Under the pieces are notes generated by a model. That model did no database searches, had not been told where the DNA came from, and saw only the letters and a list, made by a program, of their open reading frames with translations. 64,000 bases of DNA from Octopus sinensis (taxonomy: Eukaryota). Position numbers and translations under genes: made by a program. This document shows positions 24,849 through 37,927 of this stretch, one piece after another. Location of the stretch: NCBI RefSeq assembly GCF_006345805.1, contig NC_043017.1:21390001-21454000 (forward strand). Direction: 5' to 3'. Within the stretch, counting starts at the first letter, position 1. Each line of letters starts with the position of its first letter.

Positions 24849-25187
24849 TTTGAGAGGGTGTTTTACTGTTATTTCTATCAGGTTGTGTGACCACAGAGAG
24901 ATTTTCTTGCTAGAAAATTCATTGATGTTCACATTAATAAATCGAGTGGAGGTTCAATGTCACTTAATCATCAATTTTCTGAACTTCACTCAGGCCTCAA
25001 CTATCACAATAACAACTCTCTCCTCTGCGCCACTCCCCTCCACTCTTCTCTGCTCCTAATTTTCTATTATTTTTGATTTATAGAGCAAAAAGTCCGCACT
25101 TGCAACTACTTGGGTATCACAGGAAAAAGGGGTGGGGGAACAAAAACAGAAAAATGGATAGCGATAATCGATAGCTTTCTGAGTGTA

Positions 25188-25975
25188 GTACACAGAATGC
25201 ATACACACACACACAAAATGCATCAAATATACACACACACGCAAAATGCATCAAATACACACACAAAACTTGAACCATATATACACAAACACAATACAAA
25301 AAATATACACACACACACACACACACACAGAGTATATGGAATATATAAACACATACAAGACATAAAATATACACACACACAATACAGGAAATACATACAC
25401 ACACGCAGTACTTGAAATATATACACAAACACACAATACAAGAAATATATACACACACACAATACAAGAAATATATATACACACACAGAGTATATGGGAT
25501 ACATACACAAACACACAATACAGGAAATATATATACACATACAAGACTTAAAATATACACACACACAATACAGGAAATATATATACACACACTCACAAAA
25601 TACAAACCATATACACACACAAACAACACATGAAATACACACACACACACACACAAACAACACATGAAATACACACACACACTACACAAAATGCACATAC
25701 ACACAATACAGGAAATATACATACACACACACAACAATTGAAATATATATACACACACACAAAACATGAACCATATACACACACACACAAACAACACATG
25801 AAATATATACACAGACACACACAGACATGCTATACATGAAATACACACACAATACAAGAACAATATAAATACAGACACACACACACACAACAAATAAAAT
25901 ATACACACTCACACATGAAATACAACACTGTATACATACGGGTATGCACACACACACACACACACAAACACACAT
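25188..25975. repeat. Degenerate AC-rich minisatellite
   Basis: Recurrent CACAATACAGGAAATATATACACA-like units. Confidence 0.85.
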
Positions 25976-26081
25976 AAATATGAAGAAAGGAAAAATAAAA
26001 AAATGCAATGAAAACAGAAAAGGCTTAAGACAAAACTACTGAGATATAGAATAGGAACTGGTTTCTCTTGTGGTGCCACGA

Positions 26082-26113
<32 letters not shown>

Positions 26114-27297
26114 GGAGTGTGTGTTTGTGTACTTGTAAGACTGTGAGTGTGTGTGTGATTGTGTTTGTGTATGTATGTGTGTCTGTATATATGATTGCAT
26201 TTGTGTGCATGTAAGAGTGTGTGTGTGTGTGTGTGTGAGTATTTGTGTATATAAAAGTGTTAACTTGAAACAGATGTCATGCATGAGTGAACATCAAAAG
26301 ATGAAACCGAGTTCTTCAAAGGATCAATGACCAAGGTTAAGTTATTGCATTTGGAGTATGCGTATATGTGCGTGAGCGTGTGTGTGTGTGCATGTGTGCT
26401 TCTATGTGCATATGTGTGTGCACACAAGCACACACTCTCGCCACACATACACACACTTGTAGATACACACACATAGACATCATTCTCCAAGCACACATTC
26501 AGTGTGCATACACGCATGCATGCAGAGAGAAATAAGCCATATTGCTACACATGAGCAATGTTAATGCTGTCAGCTAATGTCTACTGGCTTGGCTAAGATT
26601 AGGCAAAGCAATCTTAGATTAGCAGGCCATGCCTTGCTCAGATATCTCAGTTATGGAATAGTTTCTAGATCTGGACACTCTTCCTATCACCAACCACTTT
26701 ACTGAGTGAAGTGGATGCATTTTTCTGTGGCACCAGCACCAAAGAGGTTGTCATATCTCCAACTTGACCAAAAAGTTACCTTATCTCCATAGTATGCTTT
26801 CTCAGTTCCCAACTATTATATGCTGGATCACAGTTTTAGAACCCATTAATCCTTTTGGTCTGCTGATAGCATACTGAGGATGCAATTTCTTCAGCAACCC
26901 TTTTGTGTTAGGGCTGGTCCTTTAGTCCTTGATATCCATATCCTAATCTGCAAGACAGCACCTTTTTCATTATTTCCAAGTTATCTCATAATCTTTCAAC
27001 TTTCAGCTCCTTCCTGCAAAGTCAGCAATCACTATTTGACACTTGTAGAGTGACAACACTGTTGTTGGGTCGATATATTTTATGGCCTTTAAGAGAATTT
27101 GCCACTGTCAAATCTAGGACCCTATTTTGGGGTCAAAGTGATTTAGTAATACAATGTATTCTGCAACCACTGCAGGTGCTACTGTTCTAGGTGAGTACAG
27201 ACCTGTTCTGGGGAATAGAATCAGTTAGGGGCCAACACCATTCTTCTCAATATCCAGGGTCTCCCAACCTTAGACTCTGATACTGGATACTGATTAA

Positions 27298-27741
27298 CCC
27301 TTTTCATACCATCTTATAATCAGCCCTAGTTCCATAATACAAACTTCCTGTATTAGAATGATCTTAATTAAAATCTTATATCAAAATTTCGTGTTAATTT
27401 AAGTTTAAAACACAAAATTAATAATGAGAAATTTACATTCCTAAGTTCTTCAGTATTTTCAAAATCAGCTTAACCCTTTCGTTACCAACCCGGCTGAAAC
27501 TGGCTCTGGCTCTGAGGTACAAATGTTTTGTTTTCATAAGTTTTTGATTAAAATCTTCCGCCAAACCTTAGTCATAATTTATGTTCCTAACACTAGCTGA
27601 ATGATAACTAAGTTATTTTACTAAATTCTTTGTTATATTTAAAGTAATTGAAAGAAACACAGAGCATCTCAAAATAAATACAGTAACGAAAGGGTTAAAC
27701 AACAACTGTATATTCCCCCCCAAAAAATATGGTAAAAAGGG
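27298..27741. mobile_element. Older piggyBac-like MITE hosting a younger one
   Basis: TTAA-CCCTTTTCATACC ... GGTAAAAAGGG. Confidence 0.6.
27474..27694. mobile_element. piggyBac-like MITE, intact
   Basis: TTAA TSDs (27470-27473, 27695-27698) and perfect 12-bp TIRs CCCTTTCGTTAC/GTAACGAAAGGG. Confidence 0.9.
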
Positions 27742-27782
27742 AGATCAAAATCACATGATTTTAAAATGTATATATATATATA

Positions 27783-28285
27783 TACCCAGACCTATTCCCC
27801 ATTTCTTTTAGGAGGGGGTAGCCACAACACACCAGACATTCCATCCATTTTCCTGGGAATAATTCTAAACTACATCCAGTAGTGGGACCCTGGTTTCAGG
27901 GTTTGAGGAGTGTGGAATTTGACTCTTAACCACTATTGTTCCCAGGTTTACTCAGGCCCTGAGTGGTAGCACCTGTAAGGGTCCAAACTATGGGCTAACT
28001 AGCAGCCCTACCCCCACTGTGACTGTATGAGGGTGCCAGTAGAATGCAGTTGCCGTATTCCCTGTGTGGCGTAAGATTGACTAAAAGGGGTGGGAGCGAA
28101 GGGACTGGGAACCCTCTCATTCCAGTAAATCCATATTCCTGAAAAGACAGCATGAATTTAAAGACAAATAATAAATATATTCTAACATGCAGACTGTCCT
28201 TACATACAAGAAGAGATGGCTGTGGCACCAACACCAAAAGGATTGACATGCCTGCAGCTAGACCACACAGTCACCTCAACCCTGT
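27783..28285 (-). mobile_element. Probable RTE-type retroposon 3' UTR
   Basis: 27783-27850 matches 32743-32820, the 3' terminus of the RTE there. The remainder is unassigned. Confidence 0.5.
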
Positions 28286-28564
28286 GTTGCCTCTGCTCAG
28301 TTAGTCAACCTCTTTACAGAATGTAATTTGAAAAGAGACAAGGTGGGACAAATACTTATTTCATTTAATCAGGAACCAGAGACATACGAGACATTTAGCA
28401 TCCACCTGAATGCCAGCATGTAAGCATGACATGAGTTTAGAAACCTCATTCCTAAAATATCCATCCCTCTCACTCTCTCAACACACACACACACAATGAT
28501 ATATACATACATACACACACCAAGTTCTTTTACACTTCCTTACAGGTACATATTAAGCATTTTA

Positions 28565-28862
28565 AGTCAAAGAAATTGACCCCAGGATTTATTCTTTGTA
28601 AGCCTAGTTCTTATTTGCCGAACTAAGTTACAGGGACATAAACACACAAACATTGGTTGTCAAGCAATATTGAGCAAACAGACATAAGACACATACACAC
28701 ACATAGATACAATGGACTTCTTTCAGCTTCCATCTACGAAATCCAATCACAAGGCTTTGGTCGGCCCAAGGCTATAGTAGGAGACACTTGTCTGAGGTGC
28801 TATGCAGTGGGACTGAACCTGGAGCCATGTGGTTCAGAAGCAAGCTCCTTACCACACAGCCA
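28565..28862 (-). mobile_element. SINE A, decayed
   Basis: Colinear with other copies. Confidence 0.8.
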
Positions 28863-28911
28863 CAAAAAGTCTGCTCCATATTTATATATATATGTGTGTG
28901 TGTTTGAGTGC

Positions 28912-28956
<45 letters not shown>

Positions 28957-28969
28957 TATATGTATATAT

Positions 28970-29160
28970 GATAGGGAGAATTCACAAAAAAAAAAGACAA
29001 AGACATGTGGTGTAGACAACAAACAGACGTTATTAGTTTAACGCTCAGGAAGTGAAAAAGTCTTTAACGTTTTGAGCCTACGCTCTTCCACAGAAAGGAA
29101 CACAGAAAGAAACAAGAGGAGAAAATAAAGAATGAGTAGTGGCTAGCGATCTATCGTGGC
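28970..29160 (-). mobile_element. Short Penelope-like/HHR-type repeat with variant hammerhead (29062-29097)
   Basis: Minus strand reads CTTT-CTGTGGA-A-GAGC-GTAG-GCTC-AAAA-CGTT-AAAG. Homologous to 34135-34355 and sits in (TA)n. Confidence 0.65.
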
Positions 29161-29360
29161 AAATATATATATACACAGAAACCAACAGTACTGATAAAAT
29201 TTTAACACAGTAAAAATTTGGACGCTTCCTCACTACAGTCAGCTTTCATTGGCACAAAACCTAAGTAGCCTCTGTGTACCCTGCATACTGTATAAAAAGC
29301 AAAAGAAGCAAACACATTTGACTCTGCTATGAATTAATTTCTCTTGTTGAAATCGACCCC

Positions 29361-29394
<34 letters not shown>

Positions 29395-29594
29395 AGTGAT
29401 GAGGGAAGTCCCAATGCTGAATAAATCGATATGTGAAGAGACACAATTACACTGAATTTGAATAAGTTCGTCTCCTCATTCTGAATTCAAATACATGTCT
29501 GTGTGTATTTATGTGCATGTGCACAGATATGTTTCTGCAAGAGTTTGTCTATGAGTCTCCCTCTATATATATGTATGCGTGTGTGTGTATTTTG

Positions 29595-29643
<49 letters not shown>

Positions 29644-29647
29644 CCTC

Positions 29648-29681
<34 letters not shown>

Positions 29682-29810
29682 AACACATACAAATATATGC
29701 ACACACACACACACACATATATATCTGTATATGTATGCTGTCTATATGTATGTTATATATATGTATATGACTGTGTGTGTATATATATTATATATATAAT
29801 ATATATTATA

Positions 29811-29846
<36 letters not shown>

Positions 29847-30054
29847 TATATACATAAATATATATACAGAGAGAGAGTGAGACAGACAGATAGATAGATA
29901 GATGTTATATATACATACATAAATGTATATGCATGTTATATATATATATATATATATAAACACATACAAATATATGCACACACACACACATATATATATA
30001 TCTGTATATGTATGCTATATGTATGTTATATATATGTATATGTCTGTGTGCATG

Positions 30055-30090
<36 letters not shown>

Positions 30091-30228
30091 AATATATATA
30101 TAGAGAAAGAGTGAGACAGATAGATAGAAAGATAGGTGTTATATATATATATATATATATATAATATGTATATATATATAATATATATAGAGAGAAAGAG
30201 TGAGACAGATAGATAGAGAGATAGGTGT

Positions 30229-30259
<31 letters not shown>

Positions 30260-31627
30260 GGATGTATGAGTGTATATCTATGTTTCAGTTATCATCAACA
30301 GTTCAGCGATATACACCACTCATTTCTCAACATGTAGGGAATATTTCAATAGGTCACAATATTTCTTTACTGTTTTTGTGTTTTTGATCTTATTATAGGT
30401 GCTGTTTTATTCATTTATTTGTTTATCATTATTACTATCTATTTATTTATCTATTTATTTATTTCTATAAATGTGCCTGAATAATAGTGTCGAATAGACT
30501 TTTCCCTTGTCTGAGAGATAAAGCACTACTTTACAAAGTCAGCTGTTAGAATTTGGTGGGGTGGGGAGACAGACGGATAGAGGGGGAGGTAGAGGGAGGG
30601 ATAGAGAGAGGGGTGAAAGAGAGAGATGTGTATGCATGTATATATGTATGTATTTATGGGTACAAGTATATGTGTATGTGTATATAAATATATATATATA
30701 TATATGTATATATATGTAGGTATTTATGTATGTGTGTGTGTGTGCATGTGTGTGTATATATATATATATATGATTAAATACATATATATATATAAAATTA
30801 AATATCTATAAATACACATGCACCCACGCACACACACACACTTATATATATGCAGACACACATACACACATATATATACGTGTGTGTATGAGTGCGTGTG
30901 CGTATGCATATATACAAATATACACATAAATACACATATATATACATACCTATATACACAAAGAAATGAAGACAGAACTTTAAATACACACATACACACT
31001 CCCACACACAGATACAGACAGACAGACAGACAGACCTGCAAAGAACCCTATCAGACGGCAGACAACATAAATGAATGAGAGAGAGAGAGAGAAAGAGAAA
31101 GTGAGAATACCTCGGACTGTAAGGTCATGCACGTTGGCAGACATTCACACACACATACACACACACACACACGGACGTACATAAACAGATCTAAAGAACT
31201 GGCCCAGAGATCTGAAAGCCCAGAGATGAAAGACAACATTTCTTGAGCTGACTTGTGGGTTTGTCACACATACAAGCAAATCGATGCTCCATTTGTTAGC
31301 CATAAAGTTGTGAATGCTTCCTTTCATGCTGGAACGATGTGATAGCTTTTGATATTGAACTAAAATTATCCGATATTCTATTGAGCTGCTGAAATGAAAT
31401 GAGGCTTTCCTTTCCTCTCTCCATCGTTCTCTCTCCCTCTCAGTTTGATAATGAAATATTACTTATGAAATCAATATCTATCTATCTATATATGTACATA
31501 TATATATATGGATGTTTGTATGCTTGTATGTATATCCATATATTTGCATGTATGTGTGTGCATGTGTATAAATATATATATTTGTATGTGCTCATATATA
31601 TATGTGCTCATATATATATATATATAT

Positions 31628-31664
<37 letters not shown>

Positions 31665-31837
31665 TAGATAGATGTTATATATACATACATACATATATAT
31701 ATGTGTGTGTTTTGCATACATATATATATGTGTGTGTGTGTGTGGTATATATACATATATATATGTTTTATATATATACATATATATGTTTTATCTATAT
31801 ACATATATATATGTTATATATACACACACACACATAC

Positions 31838-32420
31838 ATATCCTAGGGCCATTCGTTACGGTTTATAGGGACTGTCTCTGGTCACGCATGGTCATTCAGA
31901 CAGCCAGTGTCACTGGCTACACTGATGATACAAAATTACCACCTGCAGCAAAGAACTCAGACACTGACACAAGTTTGCAGCAGGACCCAAATGCAATTTA
32001 CAAGTAGGTTGAACAAAACAGCATGCAACTGAATGCCAGAAAATTTTAACCACTGTGCTATCAGCTTGCAAATTTTCCACAGCCTGCCTATACAAGATGA
32101 GAAGATGCTGTAATTTCTGAGATGCAGACAATGAGAGATTAGAGAATCAGTATGAGTTATGATGTCGTCGTGTCCTATAGACAAAGAGAAAACAAGTGGC
32201 AGAATGGATAGTAAGGTCCTTCAAGATAAGAAACCAAGAAGTCGTGTTGACCCTGAGGAAGACCTTTTTTCTCAGCTGCCTGGACTATTGCTCTCAACTA
32301 TGGCCATCACATTGATTCAAAGTAGACCTTTAAACTATCCATTACTACGACACTATAAAGACAGCCACAGCATCTCGTTAGTTATCGAGGCAAGCATCCC
32401 ATAATAAGACTCCGAGTTTC
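31838..32420 (+). mobile_element. Decayed CR1-like LINE RT fragment
   Basis: ILGP...GYTDDTKL...LQQDPNAIYK*VEQNSMQLNARKF corresponds to the RT YADD motif and the downstream LQ.DL....W...N.M..N..K pattern. Confidence 0.75.
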
Positions 32421-32742
32421 AGATGTCAGGGCAGAAAACTGCTCTGGCATCTTGTCAGTTATAGAGGCAATCTTGGAGTGGTTGGCATTAGGAAGGGCAT
32501 CCAGCTGTAGAAACCATACCAAACCAGATTGGAACTTGGTGCACCTCCCTAACTTACCAGATTTCAGTCAAGCCGTCCAACCCATGCCAGCATGGAAAAC
32601 GGATGTTAAATGATAATGATAATGATGATGATGGTATATATATATATATATATAAATTTCATCTATATGTATATATATATATATAGAGAGAGAGAGAGAA
32701 AGAGACAGAGAGAGAGGGAGACATATGCATATATTCTTTTAT

Positions 32743-33380
32743 GTACCCAGGTCTATTCCCCATTTTGTTTTAGGAATGGGTAGCCACAACAAGACACACA
32801 CCAGGCATTCCATTCATTTCCCAGCTCAAATAGGCAAACCCCATTCTATGCTTGGGTGAAGGCATAGAATGCAACTCCCAGTATCAGCAGTGGGCCTGAC
32901 AGCACACGCTGGTTTACCCCTGCAGCATCATTCCGGTTCCCTACCCCTTTGAGCAACATCAAAATTCACTCATCCATCCACAAACCCTCTCCAAGCTTTC
33001 CTCTCGTTTATAAACCCTCTTGCCTTGTTATATGGTGCAGAGATGTGAAGGCTGAGAGAGGTGGAAAGGAGGCAACTAGATGTGTTTGAGATGAGATGTC
33101 TGAGGGCTATGGCTGGTGTGACAGGGATGGACAGGATGAGGAACGTGGAGGTGCAAAGACCAGCAGGAATGAGAGAAAATCTAACAGCCAAAATGGATAG
33201 ATGAATGCTGAGGTGGTTTGGCCACATGGAGAGGATGTGTGAGGAGCGGATGGTGAGGAGGCAGAAATGGCAGAAATGGTAGACAGCAGAACCAGAGGCA
33301 GACCTCGGTTTGTGTGGATGGATGGAGTGAGGAAAGCTTTGGTGTTGGAGTGAGAGAGGCAAGAGAGTTTATAAATGGAG
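32743..33380 (-). mobile_element. RTE LINE insertion with inverted 5' segment
   Basis: Plus strand 33025-33378 reads LLYGAEM*...LDVFEMRCLRAMAGVT..DRMRNVEV...LRWFGHMERM...RGRPRFVWMDGVRKAL. Minus strand 33024-32970 reads ARGFINERKAWRGFVDG* and is followed by UTR. Confidence 0.8.
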
Positions 33381-33414
33381 AGTTTATAAATGATATATAT
33401 ACATATATATTCAA

Positions 33415-33613
33415 AATGTGACCGCGTGTGTACCGTTGGCGATTTTTTTCCTCCGTCTTCCCTTCTTTGAATCTTTTCTTTTCCTATGTTTCTGACGAAG
33501 AGCACCGCTCGAAACGTTAAGCCTACCTTCTTTCCTGAGCATTCAATAATACTATACTTGTTCCACATCCTCGCATTGTGTTTTCTCTTTGTGTTTTCAT
33601 GTCTGGATTAACT
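33415..33613 (+). mobile_element. Short Penelope-like/HHR repeat in (TA)n
   Basis: About 200-bp pyrimidine-rich block centred on a minimal HHR, with TA tracts on both sides. Confidence 0.65.
33488..33522 (+). ncRNA. Minimal type I hammerhead ribozyme motif
   Basis: GTTT-CTGACGA-A-GAGC-ACC-GCTC-GAAA-CGTT-AAGC: intact core, palindromic ACGT stem III. GUU cleavage is predicted after 33518. Confidence 0.8.
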
Positions 33614-33664
33614 ATATATATATAAATATATATATATATGTGTGTGTGTAAATATATATGCATA

Positions 33665-33992
33665 TAGGAGTACTCCCTCTGTTATCATGATGAGGGTCCC
33701 AGCTGATACGATCAACAGAACAGCTTGCTCATGAAATTAATATGAAAGTGGCTGAGCATTCCACAAACATGTGTACCCTTAATGTAGTTCTCAGAGAAAT
33801 TCAGCGTGACACAGGTGTGACAAAGCTGGCCTTTTGAAATGCAGATATCACTCATTTTTGCCAGCTGAGCAATGTGGACTGGAGCAATGTGAAATAATGT
33901 GTCTCACTCAAGGACACAATGCATTGCTGGGAACTGAACTCACGACCTTATGATCATGAGCAGAATGCCCTAACCACTGAGCCATGTGCCTT
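33665..33992 (-). mobile_element. SINE D (CORE-like), near full length
   Basis: Minus-strand head TGGCTCAGTGGTTAGGGCATT...GAGTTCAGTTCCC, then TGTGTCCTTGAGTGAGACAC...CATTGCTCCAGTCCAC. Confidence 0.8.
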
Positions 33993-34099
33993 CACTTATA
34001 TGCATATATATATAAGTATCAACACACAAAATGTTTGGAGCCTGAGTTACCCTGTTGCTTCTGCTAAATATTAGCAAAAATGCACACATCCTCATATTG

Positions 34100-34355
34100 T
34101 GAGTTCTGCTTTTTCTGTTTGCATCAACAGACCTGTACCATGCTTGATCGCTACCCACGTAACCTTATTTTTATTTTCTCTCTCTGTTTATTTCTGGGTT
34201 CCTTTCTGTTGAAGAGCGTAGGCTCAAAACGTAAAAGACTTTCTCACTTCACTTCCCAGGTTTTAAATTAATACATCAGTTTGTTGTTTACACACCTGCC
34301 TTCGTCTTTTGTTTTGTTTTGTTTGTTTGTTTGTTTTTTGTAAATTCCAACTATA
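34100..34355 (+). mobile_element. Short Penelope-like/HHR-type repeat with variant hammerhead (34202-34237)
   Basis: CTTT-CTGTTGA-A-GAGC-GTAG-GCTC-AAAA-CGTA-AAAG. Homologous to 28970-29160. Confidence 0.65.
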
Positions 34356-34391
34356 TACAAACATACATCATCATGATCATGATGATGATTA

Positions 34392-34674
34392 TCATCATCA
34401 TCATTTAACGTCCATTGTCCATGGTGGCATGGGTTGGATGGTTTGACCAAGGCTGGTAAGCTGGAAGGTTGCACCAAACTCCAGTCTGCCTTGGCATGGT
34501 TCTCTACAGCTGAATGCCCTTCCTAATGCCAACCACTCTGAGAGTGTAATGGGTACTTTTACTTACCACCGGCATAGGTGCCACTTGTGTGACAGCACCA
34601 TCTGAAATGACTGTGGTTTTACTTGACTTGATGGGTCTTCTTCACAAGCACAGCATAATGCCAAATGGACACAG

Positions 34675-34678
<4 letters not shown>
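34392..34678 (-). mobile_element. RTE 3' UTR fragment
   Basis: (CAT)n followed by TTTAACGTCC...GCCCTTCCTAATGCCAACCAC. Confidence 0.8.
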
Positions 34679-34717
<39 letters not shown>

Positions 34718-34744
34718 TAATATAAATATATACATATATATATA

Positions 34745-35500
34745 TTCTTTTATTCTTTTATTTGCTTCAGTCATTTGACCGTGGCCATGCTGGAGCACTG
34801 CCTTTGTAAGCCTGGTACTTTTTCTACCAGTTTCTTTTGCTGAACCGCTAAGTTACAGGGATGTAAACACACCAACATCTGTTGTCAAGTGATGGTGGGG
34901 GGACAAACACAGACACACAAACAAACACACGTGCGCATGCACACACACACACACACACATACACATATATGATGGGCTTCTTCCAGTTTCCATCTACAAA
35001 ATACACTACACAACCATTCCTGCACCATATATATATATATATATATATTTATATCCCACATGAGCACCAGCATTATTTATATGCGCAAGGTGTGGCTATG
35101 TGGTAAGTAGCTTGCTTCCCAACCACATGGTTCCGGGTTCAGTCCCACTGCATGACACTTTGGGCAAGTGTCGTCTATGACAGCCTTGGGCTGACCAAAG
35201 CCTTGTGAGTGGATTTGGCAACTGAAAGAAGCCCATTGTACATATATATATATATATATTTTTTCTTAATATATATATGTATGTGTGTGCGTTGTCTGCC
35301 TGTGTTTGTCCCCCCAACATCGCTTGACAACCGATGCTGGTGTGTTTACATCCCTGTAACTTAGCGGTTCAGCAAAAGAGACTGATAGAATAAGTACTAG
35401 TCTTACAACGAATAAGTCCTGGGGTCAAATTGCTCGACTAAAGGCAGTGCTCCAGCATGGCCTCAATCAAACAACTGAAACAAGTAAAAGAATAAAAGAA
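34745..35500. mobile_element. Inverted pair of SINE A copies (34745-35000 minus, 35083-35500 plus)
   Basis: Family sequence present on opposite strands. Confidence 0.85.
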
Positions 35501-35779
35501 TATAATGCATATATGTGTGTATATATATATATATACATATTTACACATGTATGTATATTTGCACATACATCACATAAATTGGGTATTTTTTCTCCTATTC
35601 TTATCCTATTTTATCTCCTATTTTTAGGAAGGGGGTGGTTGGGGGTGGCGTTAGGAGGAAGTGAAAAGGGAGGACAGTTGTAGGGTATGTGGTGGTGGGG
35701 TGTGATGAGGAGGGGAGCATTTTTGATTCGTATTTTTGATTCAATTTCTTTTTCATCGCTGATTTTCCTCTTATTGTTG

Positions 35780-37720
35780 CTTGGTAGTGATAACGATGAT
35801 GGTGGTGGTGATGGTGGTGGTGGTGGTGGTGGTGGAGGAGGAGGTGGCGTCGGTCATGTTGGTGGTGATGACCATGTTGTTGTTATCGTTATTGTGGTTT
35901 ATTGTACATCATTGTTAGAGGTCAGAGGTGTTTTTTGCCTACATTTGTAGTGATGGGGGTGGTGGGAAAAAGCTTACTGTTGGTGGTGATGGTGCTGGCA
36001 GTGGCAGCGGTGGTGGTGATGATGATAGTGGTGGTGGTGGTGTGGTGGTTGCAGTGGTGGCGATGGTGGTTGTTGTTCTAGAGTTGGCAGTAGTCCTGAG
36101 GATGGTGTTAGTGATGCTGACAGTGGTAGTGGTGATAGTAGTAGAGTGATAGAAGTGGTGGCAGTGGTGCTTGAAGAGGTGGTGGTGATGGTGGTGGTGG
36201 TGGGGTGATAGTGGTAATGACGGAGGTGGTGGCAGTGGTGCTTGAGGTGGTGGTAGTAGTGGTGGTGGTGGTGGTGGTGGTGGTGGTAGTGTTAGTAATG
36301 ATTCTTGATGATGGTGGCAGTGGTAGTGGTGGTGGTAGTGTTAGTGGTGAAAATGGTGGTGGTAGTAGTATCAGTGGTGGTGGTGATGGTAGTGGTGGAA
36401 GTGAATATGGTGGTGATGATGGTAGTGGTGGTGGAAGTGATGATGATGATGGTGGTGGTGATGGAAGTGGTAGTGGTAGTGATGGGGTGACAGTAGTAGT
36501 GACAGTAATGGTCATGGTGGTGGTGGTGGCTGTGGTCATAATTATAGAAACGGAGATAGTTGTCATAAGGGTGGAGATGGTGGTGGTGATAGTGGTGGTG
36601 TGGTGTGGTGGTTGCAGTGGTGGCGATGGTGGTTGTTGTTCTAGAGTTGGCAGTAGTCCTGAGGATGGTGTTAGTGATGCTGACAGTGGTAGTGGTGATA
36701 GTAGTAGAGTGATAGAAGTGGTGGCAGTGGTGCTTGAAGAGGTGGTGGTGATGGTGGTGGTGGTGGTGGTAGTGGTAGTAATGATTCTTGATGATGGTGG
36801 CAGTGGTAGTGGTGGTGGTAGTGGTGGTGGTAGTGGTGGTGGTGGTGTGTGGTGGTGGTGGTAGTGTTAGTAATGATTCTTGATGATGGTGGCAGTGGTA
36901 GTGGTGGTGGTAGTGTTAGTGGTGAAAATGGTGTGGTAGTAGTATCAGTGGTGGTGGTGATGGTAGTGGTGGAAGTGAATATGGTGGTGATGATGGTAGT
37001 GGTGGTGGAAGTGATGATGATGATGGTGGTGGTGATGGAAGTGGTAGTGGTAGTGATGGGGTGACAGTAGTAGTGACAGTAATGGTCATGGTGGTGGTGG
37101 TGGCTGTGGTCATAATTATAGAAACGGAGATAGTTGTCATAAGGGTGGAGATGGTGGTGGTGATAGTGGTGGTGGTGGTAGTGGTGGTGTAGCTGCAGTC
37201 AGGGAGGATAAAATTGATGTTGCCTTTGCAGCTAGTTACAGTGGTCCATTGTAGTAGGTCATCGTCACAAACATCAATGGAGTGGTCACGGATGGATTCC
37301 CTTTCATCAGATTCATACATTGGTGTACTATTTGCCAATCAATAACAGCAGCACCAACAATAATAATGCTGTTGCTAACGATGATGATAGTAGTGATAGC
37401 ATTGGTGGTGGTGGTGGTCATGACAGGGTTGGAGACAGTAGTGGAAATGGCTATAGTATTGGCTATAGTACTGATAGTGTTGTTTCTACTGTTGTTGTTG
37501 TTGTTTGCTTTTGTTAGTCATTGTTGCAAGTGATAAGTATTAACTTTCATGTCAGCAGAGCTGCTGCTGCTGGTGTTGTTGTTGCTGTTGTTGTTGTCGG
37601 TGATGGTGGTGTGGTGGTGGGTGTTATGATGATGGAGGTGGCGCCGATGGAGACAAAAAATGTTGTTGTTATTGTTTTTTTTGTTCTGGTTATTTTTTGT
37701 GTTGTTGTTGTTGGTGTCAC
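35780..37720. repeat. GGT/GAT/AGT low-complexity region containing a tandem duplication of about 560 bp
   Basis: 36043-36600 recurs at 36604-37175. Confidence 0.9.
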
Positions 37721-37896
37721 TGAAGTGGAAAGGTAGAGGCTTGGGTGGGGAGGGGAACTATTTAGTTAATTGCTTTTCTTTTTCCTTTTCCCTTTCACAA
37801 CCAACAAACTGAACTGGTGCCCATACACACATATATGTGTATATATGTGTATATATATGTGTGTATATATATGTGTGTATATATATACACACACAC

Positions 37897-37927
<31 letters not shown>

